From Selaginella moellendorffii (taxonomy: Eukaryota > Plantae > Lycopodiophyta): DNA of 64,000 nt. The translations under genes and the position numbers were made by a program. This document shows, piece by piece, positions 1 through 12,594 of the stretch. The notes beneath the pieces are model-generated. The model made no database searches. It saw nothing but the letters and a program-made list of their open reading frames with translations, and had not been told where the DNA came from. Location of the stretch: the NCBI RefSeq assembly GCF_000143415.4, contig NW_003314304.1, forward strand, positions 926,047 to 990,046, written 5' to 3'. Positions within the stretch are counted from its first letter, which is position 1. Each line of letters begins with the position of its first letter.

Positions 1-787
1 ATATTCTGATGGAGATAGCCAGCCGCTGTTTCCGTCGTAAGTTTCGTAAATGCATAGCGGCTGCCCAGGGCGCTCAAGCTCCCCATCGTCACGTTCGTGA
101 TTCTTAAACTTCTCCCTTTCGGCTCTTTTCACGCCTCGGTTCACATCCTCAAAAGTCGCTTGGGCTTGTTCTTTTCTCTCATCCAGCTGATGAAAAAGGA
201 GAAAACAGGAATGAGAACAATGAAAGGAGCATCCAACTGATGGTATACCTCCTCTTCTATTCTCTCCACGTCTTCAATCGCATGCAGATCTCGCTCCACA
301 GCCACTTCTCCTTCCAGATTTTCTTCGTAGTCTTCAAAGTTGCCAATAGAACTGTTAATCTTTGCGGAGGCTTCCTTGCTCTTCATGAACTAAAGTTCTT
401 TGCTCCAAGCCAGATGGACGCGTTCGGCCAACTCTAGAACCATTGAGAAAATTCTGCTGTAAATCGTCAGGTCCACCGCTTGGTGACGATCCCTTCTAAC
501 AGCAGCACCGACTGGAAAACCAGCCATACCACTACTGCAGTGATGACAATCCTGGAAGCCAAAACTTTGCCTTTCACTGGAAAACATTCCCCACACTCCC
601 TCTTGCTCGCCTTGGAAAATCCATGAGCGGCGCCGCCACCGCGAACATTCACGACCACCTGAGCTGGAACGCATTGCCATTCCTAGCGCCTCCATTCTGG
701 GGCAGCCACCGCTTGGACGCATTCCCTGCTCTAGAATTCCCCGATGGCCCGGTGAAGGCAGTCCCTTCCCTGCCAGGCGCTCCACAG
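1..787 (-). pseudogene. 5'-truncated, frameshifted copy of the GT-like gene (5' part only; continues off window)
   Basis: Matches 16084-16905 but lacks the start codon. Has ~10-bp (near 659) and ~20-bp (near 477) deletions relative to the intact copy. Confidence 0.85.
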
Positions 788-1025
788 CAGAGGAGAAGCT
801 CGATCTATCGAGGTGTCACGAGGTACTATATCCTTTACTCCAATGGATATCTCGTTTCATAATGTTTCTCTTCTTCCTTGTTGGCTGCAGGCATGGATGG
901 GAAGCACATTTATGGGACAAAAGTACCTGGAATCATACTCAAAACAAGAAGGGCAAGGTAAGCTCGAAAACATGTATAACCAACTTGTTCGGACTTGCCA
1001 ATGGATGAGCGCAGTCTATCTAGGT
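788..1025 (+). pseudogene. Fragment of a WRINKLED/AIL-type AP2 transcription factor gene, including the 9-nt VYL micro-exon
   Basis: RSSIYRGVTR | intron | H(G)WEAHLWDKSTWNHTQNKKGK | intron | cag-TCTATCTAG-gt (1015-1023). TGRY is missing and no downstream GAYD..AARAYD exon was found. Confidence 0.85.
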
Positions 1026-2614
1026 ACTCGGCAGCTCCAGCAGCGACTTGATCAGTGCCCGGATCCAAGCAGAGAGACAGCTCTCGATGGCTTTCCAGTT
1101 AAGAGATGTTTGCCACAAGTTCGTAGCTGTTGATCACATCATCCATACTAAGGCTCCGTGCGTTCAGCTTTGCAGGGAAATCTGGGCTTCCACAAGTCCC
1201 ACACGAGTCGACGCTGTGCCTAGCGTTCATCTCTTCAAGCTTCTCCTTCCTTCCTGAATCGAGGCTTTTCTCTACTCCAGACGAGCTCTTGCGTTGGAGA
1301 GCTCTCACCAGTAGCTGTTGCACCGATCGAGCACCGTCCAGTTGCCCTCCTCGACTTTCGCCACCTTCTCTAGATCTTGCTGTTTAGATTGGGCTTGAAT
1401 TATCATCAGGAGAGCTTGTCACAAGGAGCCTGGTTGCCATCAGTCACTCACATTAAGCAACCGATCGCAGCTCTAGCTAGGCAAGATGATGCCTCCAGTG
1501 TGAGATTGATTCGATCATTTGCCTCGTCTGAAACACCAAAATATTGCAAGATCATGAGCAAGTGGACCACAACTACACTACCATATCAATATGCCATAGC
1601 TGATCTTGGATTAGCCATTATCAAACTCCACCTTAGAACAATAACAGAACAAGGTTGTATCGTGAAATGATTGAGATTGAGACAAACCCTAAAACAAAGA
1701 ACATAGAATTAGAACAATTGAAATCATACATAACTACACATGAATCGTGGCAATGGGCTTCTATTCTGCCTCTGCCTCTTCCTCTGCCTCAGGCTTCGTC
1801 TCCGCCTCTGGCTTTGGATCGTCATGCTCCTGAGGAGGAGGAGGAGGTGGAGGAGCAAGGGAATTCTTCTGTGCAACAAAAGAATTCATTCAAAGCAAAG
1901 AAAGAGATTCTTGTACTTCCCTGTAGATCTTGAGGTTGTGATCCAACTGCTTCTCCTTCACGAACGTAATGTGCAGCCTTTTTGTTCATCGCCATTTCCT
2001 TCTCCGCCATCGCACTTGGCTGCTTTCCCGCCCAAATATGCTCTTTTATTCTCAAATTGCCATTTCCTTTTAACGCATTGAGTGTAATCATTATCTATTT
2101 TTCATGATCACGAAGCCTTCCGGTCCTTTTCAAGGCTCCAGGATTTTCTGGAAGCAAACAAGAGCTAGCAGCTAATTTGCCTTCTGCTTTAATCTTTTTA
2201 TTTGAGTGATTGCAGCTATTTATGCGAACGATTTTGGCTGTTCGCTGCATCAGCTTGCATTGAGGAGGCAAGGCAGTAGCCTTATGGTGACACTTACATG
2301 CTTGGACTGGCCTCTTTCTTTTATCGTGGATCATCTCTCCATTTTACGTGTGGAGTTCTTCCCATGAATCAAAACTAAGTGCGCTGGCAAGCCATCCGGT
2401 TGAGGAGATCACGCATTCTCAACTTCCCTCTGCAAAATCGCATCCCATATGTGACCAGCTCCACACCCTGTATGCCGGAGGGCCGGGATACACCAAGTTC
2501 AACGGCTCAAGAACCACGAAGTCTACCTCTTGGCATTGCTTGAGAAGACCGTGAGATCTTCCTCTTCTTCTTCTTCTTCCTGAGTGTATTCGTGCCACTG
2601 CCATAGTCTCCTAG

Positions 2615-2765
2615 GATGTAGTTTCTTTCACCCGACCTCGAGGTGCCCTGTGTGATCCGCACTGGCTCGAAACATGCCGGTTGTGTTGAAGTCCATTGCG
2701 ATCCTTCCCTTGGCCGAGGCTTTTTTTACGTGAAAATCGATCGCCACGCCACCTTTCTACAGGTG
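2615..2765 (-). pseudogene. C-terminal fragment of an isoaspartyl peptidase/L-asparaginase (Ntn hydrolase)
   Basis: Copy of the 10640-10790 fragment with extra indels. Confidence 0.5.
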
Positions 2766-4565
2766 CGTGCAATGGAGGACAACGAGATGATCGGTGTTGA
2801 CAACTAGATGGAAGCCAGCATCATGGACGGTGCCACTGGGCCTCACCGCGGTTGGCACGCGTCGTCATGGATAAGACTCCTTTGAACGCTTTCTCTTGTC
2901 TTGTTAACTGCAAAGTTTGAATTGACAGGGAGTTGAAACTGCCGATCCCAGCTACTTAATCTCCGAGAAAAACATCTAGCACCAAGGAGATGCAAATCGT
3001 TCAGGTAGAGTGGGATAGTTCGTTTTGTTCTCACGCAATTGCTAACTGATCTCTCGTGAAAGCTAGATCGACTACTTGCCGCATTCCGAAGCTGGCGAGA
3101 CAAGGGTTGTGTGGCCGTGCACGGCTGCCACTTCCACCGGGGGCCCGGTGAACAAGCTGGCAGGTCGCAGGAATTTACGCGAGTGGTGTCCGCAACCAGG
3201 AAAGGCGAGAGCATCATTCGACGCATGGTTGCCGCACTTGCATGAAGTACAAAGCTCTCAAGCTCAAGGAGCTCAAGGCAGGGACAACGGGTCTGGTGGC
3301 AGTCAAGTCAAGCTTATCACCAATTCAACCACGTCCAGGCACATCGTCCACTCTCTAGCTCAGCAACACCCAGTCTGAGGCAGGACTGACTCTGCAGCCG
3401 AGCGCTTGATGTCGCCGGCAACCTGCTGCCTAGGGCTGGTAGCTTAGAGTGGTGCTGCATCTTTCTCAGAGCGCTCCTTCTCCTGCCGGATAATGTCGGC
3501 AGCGGGCCTGATGGCTCGTGTCAGGTGGTAAGTAGAGCGTTTTGCACACCATCGAAGCGGGAATATTGAATCACTTAAAGCTGCAGGTAAGTTTTGTGAA
3601 TTGAACAACACTCTTCTCAGTATATAGAATAAAGGTGTGGGGCTGAACCCAATTAAATAGGAATATTCTCAAGGAGCTTAAAAGAGATCAATATAAAAGG
3701 GTTTATCAGCTTTATAAATTGCATAGGGTTTTATGGTGTCATGATGCTCTCCACGTATGCCAGAACGGGCATCTCGACCACGTCTTTGAGGACATGCCTG
3801 GAATACAATACTTGGCGCCTCAAAAGATGAAAGCTTACCGAGCATCGCTGCCACAAGCGCGAGCCTGCAACATCTTCGTTAAGTAGCAGCCAGCGAGAAT
3901 GATAGATTAGAAAAAGCTCATTGCTGGCAATGTAATGATCAGCCAAAGACGCTCTGGAACGGCTAATGGCCATTGAGCCAAGAGGAACAGACCCATGCAT
4001 ACCTGCTGAATCCATCCATAACTTTCACAGCGGTACATTCTTCAACTTTTCTCGGGCCTGACTCTCAATGGAAAACATTTCAAGCGAACACAAAACGATT
4101 TGCTAGAAAATCTTTCAGGTACATTGATCACCTTTCTTCCTGGCAGACAGAGGAAGATGATCGTCCTGCGACTATTCAAACTCCGAGTTCCCGGATCCGT
4201 CCTCCTTGCTTGCGCCATTCCCGCGTAGAGCAACAGAAAAGCTTTAGTACGTCAACAGAAAAGCTCCATTTCGAGCAGGAATAGTCAGTGGTGTGGCAAT
4301 CAGAAAAAAGAATCCGAATGAGAGAATTTTCTAAAGCTGCATTGACGTTTCTCTTAGATTTGTGTGTTTGACTGGACTTGTAGTCGTGCCAAAGATTCAA
4401 ACAATTGGGAATATATTGGTTTTGAATTAGCAAGATTTAGAATGAAATGCTGTGCTGCGGCATCTCTGGAATCCTGATCTGTTTAGTTTCCCTCTGCGGG
4501 GAATTTGGGGGATCTTGCCAATGCAGCACTGGCGTGCTCTTCTCCAAGAGATCATCTGCCAAATC

Positions 4566-6470
4566 CTACCTTGGTTGATTGTGAATCCGTGATGCCGTCG
4601 GAACAGCTGATGAGGATTGTGATGGCCGCGCAGCTAAACCCCAAAGCTCGGCTACTTCTAATGCCACATCAATCCCTTCCATGGGTTGGGTGGTCGAGCT
4701 CTCCCCAGTCAAGCCATGGTCACTTGGTCTTGAGCTCGTCATAGTGGTCACCATGTCCACGATCTTTGCGATGTCCAGCGCTTTCTCCTGCTCCTCGCTC
4801 AACAGCTTCTGGTCGTGGAGGCTGCACAGAATCGACATTGCATGCTTGCTCCTCTCGCCATCGTGATGGTCCAAACCAAAGGAGAGCGCGCTCATGAGAA
4901 CTGCTATAACGTCGTCACTGCTACTGCCGCTTCCATCGAGTAGCGTTTCAAGGTACTGGCGATTCTTGCGGCAGAGAAGATCCAGCACTACTGCCACTTT
5001 GCTTCCTAGTGGATCAGCTTGGCAGGTACGGAGGAGTTGGAACAATCCATAGATGACGCTCTTGTAGCCAGGGAGAAGATCACCATGGCTGGGATCATAG
5101 GCTAGCAATGCCGCGAGAGCGTCTAGAGCTAGCTCCTGGAGCTCCTGGGAGGAACAAAAGAGAGCATTCGCGAGGTACCTTGTCAAGTCGTGATTCTTCC
5201 TGAGTAGCGTCCTCAAATTCGCTGCGATCTTCTGCCTGGAGCTCTGGGTCTCTGGCTCTACATCGACCCTGGCTGGATCATCTCCATCGCCATTGAAGGT
5301 ATAGCGCAGGGAATCCTTCCACTCCTTGTGCGTATCCCCTCTAGCAAAATCAAAATTCGCGATCACACCCGGCTCGGCATTGGCAATCCCTCCAAATGCC
5401 GCAAGCTTTCCTAGCAGCTCCAGCACCGACTTGTTGGTATCCGGCTCCAGCGCTTTCACCAGAAGCGAGACGCATTCATCGCTGGCCTGAACGACGTGTG
5501 CCACAGCGAAGAAGGCGTTTTCATCTTTGCAGATCTCGGCCACTAGAGAAATCGCCGCTCGCCGGTTGATGAGATAGTACTTGTGGCCCATGCACTCGAA
5601 CAGCCGCTCCACAACTTCACGCTTGGATGCCAAGAGGAGCTTCCCACTTCGCTTTCTCTGATCTTCTTCTTCCCAGTGGCACATCGCATCCAGCATCAGC
5701 AAGCTCTTCCTCAGCTCCCGGTTGCCTCTCGATTCCAAGAACTCGTTCGCGACGTAGTCGACCAAGTTCATCCTGAGCCCCTTGATGGCTCCATCTCTCA
5801 GCGTCGTCTCGTACACGGCAACGAAGAACTTGGACTTAGTTTCCAGGAGAAATCTCGGTCGGTCCCTGTTCTTCTTCGCCTTCTTGTACCTCACTGATAT
5901 GATCTCCCAGCAGCCGCGGATGCACAGGAACAAGCTCGACTCGGCGATGACGATCGAGGAGAAGCTGATCATTGCGACGAACTCGTTGGACTTTGGATAC
6001 TTGGCGTCCAGTGGTAGCCAGAGGATCGTGGCTCTGAGGCTGACGAGAGCCAGAAGGATCTCAGTATTGTAGGCCATGTTGTAGACGATGACGAATGAGC
6101 GCCCGGAGCGAGCATTGTACAAAAATCTGAGAGGCAGCAGCAAGAGAAGCAGCTGCAAGGAGGTTTGCAAGAGCAATACTGGGCCGCCCAAGAGGCCCAA
6201 GAAGCCTAAGGGGGCGATGAGAGGAAAGAGGGTGATGACGAGTAGGATCAGGCGGGAATTCACCTTTCGGTTCTTTAAGCCTTCGGACAAGCTGAGAAAC
6301 CGGAAGCCCCTGATGCCATAGCTAACGAGCAGGAAAGTGACGAAGTAGAAGTCATAGTATTTCAGATCGTCCACGAATCCCCCCAGGAGAACCACAGTCG
6401 CCCACAGGAACATAAACTTTCCCAAGTTCGTGGTGAACTGCTCCAGAGTTGCGAGCAACACAGCACCCAT
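4566..6470 (-). CDS. Multi-pass membrane protein with ARM-like helical C-terminus (BLE2-like/plant ARM-repeat family), copy 1, 634 aa
   Basis: Uninterrupted ORF. Family hallmark LEQ..T.LG...FLWATVVLLGGF..DL...DFYFVT.LL, several hydrophobic helices, then Leu-rich helical repeats (VVERLFECM, LQELALDALAAL). Confidence 0.85.
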   Translation of the reverse strand: MGAVLLATLEQFTTNLGKFMFLWATVVLLGGFVDDLKYYDFYFVTFLLVSYGIRGFRFLSLSEGLKNRKVNSRLILLVITLFPLIAPLGFLGLLGGPVLLLQTSLQLLLLLLPLRFLYNARSGRSFVIVYNMAYNTEILLALVSLRATILWLPLDAKYPKSNEFVAMISFSSIVIAESSLFLCIRGCWEIISVRYKKAKKNRDRPRFLLETKSKFFVAVYETTLRDGAIKGLRMNLVDYVANEFLESRGNRELRKSLLMLDAMCHWEEEDQRKRSGKLLLASKREVVERLFECMGHKYYLINRRAAISLVAEICKDENAFFAVAHVVQASDECVSLLVKALEPDTNKSVLELLGKLAAFGGIANAEPGVIANFDFARGDTHKEWKDSLRYTFNGDGDDPARVDVEPETQSSRQKIAANLRTLLRKNHDLTRYLANALFCSSQELQELALDALAALLAYDPSHGDLLPGYKSVIYGLFQLLRTCQADPLGSKVAVVLDLLCRKNRQYLETLLDGSGSSSDDVIAVLMSALSFGLDHHDGERSKHAMSILCSLHDQKLLSEEQEKALDIAKIVDMVTTMTSSRPSDHGLTGESSTTQPMEGIDVALEVAELWGLAARPSQSSSAVPTASRIHNQPR

Positions 6471-6726
6471 AATAAATCAATTTCCCCTGTTTTGCTGGAG
6501 CTAGCTTCCTGCCTGTTCTTCACTCAAGCGAGTTTTGATCGGATTCTTCAGCGCTAGTAAAAACTTTGGCCATTTGCAGCTTCCAAGAATCATCACGCTG
6601 GAAAATCTCATTAGTAGCAATGACACTGAATATGTACACTAAAAAGTTTACCTCTTGATAGTCGTACACTACAATTCGCGTCGAAAGAGCTCTCCTGGCT
6701 CTCAAAACAATCACCCAAGAATCTGT

Positions 6727-8814
6727 TCACCGAGCAGCAGTATTCACAGCTTGATCTTGCTCCGTCTCTTCCGGTGGTGGCTTCACATAGCGGCCCAGAG
6801 ACTTCTGCTTGTAGCGGCTGCGCATTCTAGCCAGCCTCTCCTTGTTCCTGCGCTTCCTTTCCAACTTCATGTTGTATCTCTCCTGCCTCTCCCTCTCCAA
6901 GATTCCCTGCCAGAACACTTCTCCCGTGTGTGGCCAGAGCCACCGGTACGTAGGATGCTCGTCGTCAACTTTCTCGGCCATGTCTTCGTCCATTCCCTTG
7001 AGCACGCTAAAGCTGAACCACTTGACTTTCATCTGCCCGCGTCGGCTCTCGAGAGCGTTCTGCTCCATCATTATACCCGTCTCAGGATCCACGTAGATGA
7101 GTCTCCTGGCACTGTGATACGCCCAAACGTTCACCAGGACCTCAAGTAGACGGCAGTAGCAGTGTTGAGCCTAAGAGATTTAGTATTTAGAACTCACAGC
7201 CAAAAGAATTCGAGGTTGTACCATACCTCCAGTTGTGTGGTTGCAAGAGGACAGTTTCCATGGTCGTGATGTTCAATGTAGAGCCGAGAATCGAGAGCGT
7301 CCACGAACATCCTAAGACAAGATAACCAGTTAAGAAGATATTTCGTTGGAGTATGTGCAACAAACTGCAACAGACCGGGAAAACATGACGAACTCCACGA
7401 AAGATGAGGTAGACATAGCCCAGCAATGCTTGCTAGACCAGACACCAGATGGCATCGTTGGAAGCTCCAGTTGGTCTTTGTTTAAGCCGAACATTGTCTT
7501 GAATGTCTCCATGAAAATCCGCCTGGAATGAACACCGTTGGCCTTGACAAACTTTGTCTCGACACATACCTGCAGTTTCCAGCATTGCTTGCATCGCAAG
7601 AAGTCCAGAAATCTTCCGACTTGCCAGCCCAGAAATAAACGGCATCGCCATGAATACCGACCCTCACAGCATCGGCTAAAGAGTTTTCAGCTTTTGGCGA
7701 CAGAGCAACCTGAGGAAAGAAAAATTTAAGATCGTATCCACCGTCAATCCGCAATTTCTTACTCTTTCGGTAGCAGCTAGCGAGGGTTGAAATCCAATCC
7801 ACGAGTTCTTATGCACTCGATCAATCCTGTTAGCGATTGCGAGAAATCCACCAAAATCGCAAAAGCTATCGCGGTAGAAAGTGTCGTTTAAAAGCACAAG
7901 GCGTGATGCAGCATCAATGTCGTCGACCTTTGGTCTCCTTCCCCTCGGTGACTGCATCAAAGTGGAGGTGATGAGAACTTCAAGCACAACACGAGCTTAC
8001 CAGACTAAGACCACGGTACAGAGGATAATTCTGATGGAGAGAAGCCCAGCCGCTGTTTCCGTCGTAAGTTTCGTAAATGCATAGCGGCTGCCCAGGGCGC
8101 TCAAGCTCCCCATCGTCACGTTCGTGATTCTTAAACTTCTCCCTTTCGGCTCTTTTCACGCCTCGGTTCACATCCTCAAAAGTCGCTTGGGCTTGTTCTT
8201 TTCTCTCATCCAGCTGATGAAAAAGGAGAAAACAGGAATGAGAACAATGAAAGGAGCATCCAACTGATGGTATACCTCCTCTTCTATTCTCTCCACGTCT
8301 TCAATCGCATGCAGATCTCGCTCCACAGCCACTTCTCCTTCCAGATTTTCTTCGTAGTCTTCAAAGTTGCCAATAGAACTGTTAATCTTTGCGGAGGCTT
8401 CCTTGCTCTTCATGAACTAAAGTTCTTTGCTCCAAGCCAGATGGACGCGTTCGGCCAACTCTAGAACCATTGAGAAAATTCTGCTGTAAATCGTCAGGTC
8501 CACCGCTTGGTGACGATCCCTTCTAACAGCAGCACCGACTGGAAAACCAGCCATACCACTACTGCAGTGATGACAATCCTGGAAGCCAAAACTTTGCCTT
8601 TCACTGGAAAACATTCCCCACACTCCCTCTTGCTCGCCTTGGAAAATCCATGAGCGGCGCCGCCACCGCGAACATTCACGACCACCTGAGCTGGAACGCA
8701 TTGCCATTCCTAGCGCCTCCATTCTGGGGCAGCCACCGCTTGGACGCATTCCCTGCTCTAGAATTCCCCGATGGCCCGGTGAAGGCAGTCCCTTCCCTGC
8801 CAGGCGCTCCACAG
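6727..8814 (-). pseudogene. Duplicated GT-like gene lacking its start codon, with frameshifts in exon 1
   Basis: Homologous to 14794-16905. The 3' exons are open, but the 5' end is cut at the duplication junction and exon 1 carries deletions. Confidence 0.8.
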
Positions 8815-9052
8815 CAGAGGAGAAGCTCGATCTATCGAGGTGTCACGAGGTACTATATCCTTTACTCCAATGGATATCTCGTTTCATAATGTTTCTCTTC
8901 TTCCTTGTTGGCTGCAGGCATGGATGGGAAGCACATTTATGGGACAAAAGTACCTGGAATCATACTCAAAACAAGAAGGGCAAGGTAAGCTCGAAAACAT
9001 GTATAACCAACTTGTTCGGACTTGCCAATGGATGAGCGCAGTCTATCTAGGT
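8815..9052 (+). pseudogene. Second copy of the WRI/AIL-type AP2 fragment
   Basis: Identical to 788-1025; micro-exon at 9042-9050. Confidence 0.85.
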
Positions 9053-10639
9053 ACTCGGCAGCTCCAGCAGCGACTTGATCAGTGCCCGGATCCAAGCAGA
9101 GAGACAGCTCTCGATGGCTTTCCAGTTAAGAGATGTTTGCCACAAGTTCGTAGCTGTTGATCACATCATCCATACTAAGGCTCCGTGCGTTCAGCTTTGC
9201 AGGGAAATCTGGGCTTCCACAAGTCCCACACGAGTCGACGCTGTGCCTAGCGTTCATCTCTTCAAGCTTCTCCTTCCTTCCTGAATCGAGGCTTTTCTCT
9301 ACTCCAGACGAGCTCTTGCGTTGGAGAGCTCTCACCAGTAGCTGTTGCACCGATCGAGCACCGTCCAGTTGCCCTCCTCGACTTTCGCCACCTTCTCTAG
9401 ATCTTGCTGTTTAGATTGGGCTTGAATTATCATCAGGAGAGCTTGTCACAAGGAGCCTGGTTGCCATCAGTCACTCACATTAAGCAACCGATCGCAGCTC
9501 TAGCTAGGCAAGATGATGCCTCCAGTGTGAGATTGATTCGATCATTTGCCTCGTCTGAAACACCAAAATATTGCAAGATCATGAGCAAGTGGACCACAAC
9601 TACACTACCATATCAATATGCCATAGCTGATCTTGGATTAGCCATTATCAAACTCCACCTTAGAACAATAACAGAACAAGGTTGTATCGTGAAATGATTG
9701 AGATTGAGACAAACCCTAAAACAAAGAACATAGAATTAGAACAATTGAAATCATACATAACTACACATGAATCGTGGCAATGGGCTTCTATTCTGCCTCT
9801 GCCTCTTCCTCTGCCTCAGGCTTCGTCTCCGCCTCTGGCTTTGGATCGTCATGCTCCTGAGGAGGAGGAGGAGGTGGAGGAGCAAGGGAATTCTTCTGTG
9901 CAACAAAAGAATTCATTCAAAGCAAAGAAAGAGATTCTTGTACTTCCCTGTAGATCTTGAGGTTGTGATCCAACTGCTTCTCCTTCACGAACGTAATGTG
10001 CAGCCTTTTTGTTCATCGCCATTTCCTTCTCCGCCATCGCACTTGGCTGCTTTCCCGCCCAAATATGCTCTTTTATTCTCAAATTGCCATTTCCTTTTAA
10101 CGCATTGAGTGTAATCATTATCTATTTTTCATGATCACGAAGCCTTCCGGTCCTTTTCAAGGCTCCAGGATTTTCTGGAAGCAAACAAGAGCTAGCAGCT
10201 AATTTGCCTTCTGCTTTAATCTTTTTATTTGAGTGATTGCAGCTATTTATGCGAACGATTTTGGCTGTTCGCTGCATCAGCTTGCATTGAGGAGGCAAGG
10301 CAGTAGCCTTATGGTGACACTTACATGCTTGGACTGGCCTCTTTCTTTTATCGTGGATCATCTCTCCATTTTACGTGTGGAGTTCTTCCCATGAATCAAA
10401 ACTAAGTGCGCTGGCAAGCCATCCGGTTGAGGAGATCACGCATTCTCAACTTCCCTCTGCAAAATCGCATCCCATATGTGACCAGCTCCACACCCTGTAT
10501 GCCGGAGGGCCGGGATACACCAAGTTCAACGGCTCAAGAACCACGAAGTCTACCTCTTGGCATTGCTTGAGAAGACCGTGAGATCTTCCTCTTCTTCTTC
10601 TTCTTCCTGAGTGTATTCGTGCCACTGCCATAGTCTCCT

Positions 10640-10790
10640 AGGATGTAGTTTCTTTCACCCCGACCTCGAGGTGCCCTGTGTGATCCGCACTGGCTCGAAA
10701 CATGCCGGTTGTGTTGAAGTCCATTGCGATCCTTCCTTGGCCGAGGCTTTTTTTACGTGAAAATCGATCGCCACGCCACCTTTTTACAGG
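10640..10790 (-). pseudogene. C-terminal fragment of an isoaspartyl peptidase/L-asparaginase (Ntn hydrolase)
   Basis: GRIAMDFNTTGMFRASADHTGHLEVGV resembles the plant-type asparaginase C-terminus (G.VAM.FNTTGMFRA....G..EV). A frameshifted GGVAID lies upstream. Confidence 0.6.
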
Positions 10791-11589
10791 TCCATGCAAT
10801 GGAGGACAACGAGATGATCGGTGTTGACACGGCACTAGATGGAAGCCAGCATCATGGACGGTGCCACTTGGCCTCACCGCGGTTGGCACGCGTCGTCATG
10901 GATAAGACTCCTTTGAACGCTTTCTCTTGTCTTGTTAACTGCAAAGTTTGAATTGACAGGGAGTTGAAACTGCCGATCCCAGCTACTTAATCTCCGAGAA
11001 AAACATCTAGCACCAAGGAGATGCAAATCGTTCAGGTAGAGTGGGATAGTTCGTTTTGTTCTCACGCAATTGCTAACTGATCTCTCGTGAAAGCTAGATC
11101 GACTACTTGCCGCATTCTGAAGCTGGCGAGACAAGGGTTGTGTGGCCGTGCACGGCTGCCACTTCCACCGGGGGCCCGGTGAACAAGCTGGCAGGTCGCA
11201 GGAATTTACGCGAGTGGTGTCCGCAACCAGGAAAGGCGAGAGCATCATTCGACGCATGGTTGCCGCACTTGCATGAAGTACAAAGCTCTCAAGCTCAAGG
11301 AGCTCAAGGCAGGGACAACGGGTCTGGTGGCAGTCAAGTCAAGCTTATCACCAATTCAACCACGTCCAGGCACATCGTCCACTCTCTAGCTCAGCAACAC
11401 CCAGTCTGAGGCAGGACTGACTCTGCAGCCGAGCGCTTGATGTCGCCGGCAACCTGCTGCCTAGGGCTGGTAGCTTAGAGTGGTGCTGCATCTTTCTCAG
11501 AGCGCTCCTTCTCCTGCCGGATAATGTCGGCAGCGGGCCTGATGGCTCGTGTCAGGTGGTAAGTAGAGCGTTTTGCACACCATCGAAGC

Positions 11590-11870
11590 GGGAATATGGT
11601 GCCGCAAAAGGTGTCAGGGACGGCTCTGATGGAAGCGAACGCCCAGAAGATGGCGATCAAGCAAGAGCTTTGTTTCGAAGAATTCCCAGCTGGAATGTCC
11701 TGGCTTGGCTTGGCGGCAACGAATGGAGATATGCTCGAAGTCATGGAAACTTTCAACTCGGCCCCGGATGCCACTTTGCAGGCGGTGTTCATCTCCGCGT
11801 CGGGCATCTCGACAACGTCTTTGAGGACATGCCTGGAATACAATACTCGACGCCTCGAAAGATGAAAGCT
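11590..11870 (+). pseudogene. Degenerate PPR gene relic
   Basis: Frameshifted motifs TALMEANAQ / DQARALFRRIPSWNVLAW / GHLDNVFEDMP. Unit 1 retains MLSTYA.NGHLDH at ~3744. Confidence 0.6.
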
Positions 11871-12594
11871 TACCAAGCATCGCTGCCGAAAGCGCGAGCC
11901 TGCAACATCTTCGTTAAGTAACAGCCAGAGAGAATGATAGATTAGAAAAAGCTCATTGCTGGCAATGTAATGATCAGCCAAAGACGCTCTGGAACGGCTA
12001 GTGGCCGTTGAGCCAAGAAAACAGACCCATGCGTACCTGCTGAATCCATCCATAACTTTCACAGCAGTACATTCTTCAACTTTTCTGGGGCCTGACTCTC
12101 AATGGAAAACATTTCAAGCGAACACAAAACGATTTGCTAGAAAATCTTTCAGGTACATTGATCACCTTTCTTCCTGGCAGACAGAGGAAGATGATCGTCC
12201 TGCGACTATTCAAACTCCGAGTTCCGGGATCCGTCCTCCTTGCTTGCGCCATTCCCGCGTAGAGCGGGATCTTTAGTACGTCAACAGAAAAGCTCCAGTT
12301 CGAGCAGGAATAGTCAGTGGCGTGGCAATCAGAAAAGAGAATCCGAATGAGAGACCTTTCTAAAGCTGCATTGACGTTTCTCTTAGATTTGTGTGTTTGA
12401 CTGGACTTGTAGTCGTGCCGAAGATTCAAACAATTGGGAATATATTGGTTTTGAATTAGCAAGATTTAGAATGAAATGCTGTGCTGCGGCATCTCTGGAA
12501 TCCTGATCTGTTTAGTTTCCCTCTGCGGGGAATTTGGGGGATCTTGCCAATGCAGCACTGGCGTGCTCTTCTCCAAGAGATCATCTGCCAAATC

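Larger units (their letters stand above)
788..8814. repeat. Tandem segmental duplication, unit 1 (~8.0 kb); another unit continues off the left edge
   Basis: ORF track repeats at +8027 (141..386 = 8168..8413; 2419..2604 = 10446..10631). The junction CCAGGCGCTCCACAG|CAGAGG occurs at 787/788 and 8814/8815, versus CCACAG|TGCGGG at 16905 in the intact gene. Confidence 0.93.

Noticed and set aside
4560-4575. Possible splice donor (AAG|GTA) at the ARM stop codon in copies 1-3
   Set aside because: No shared downstream exon found; copy 3 diverges immediately afterwards, so it is left as a stop.
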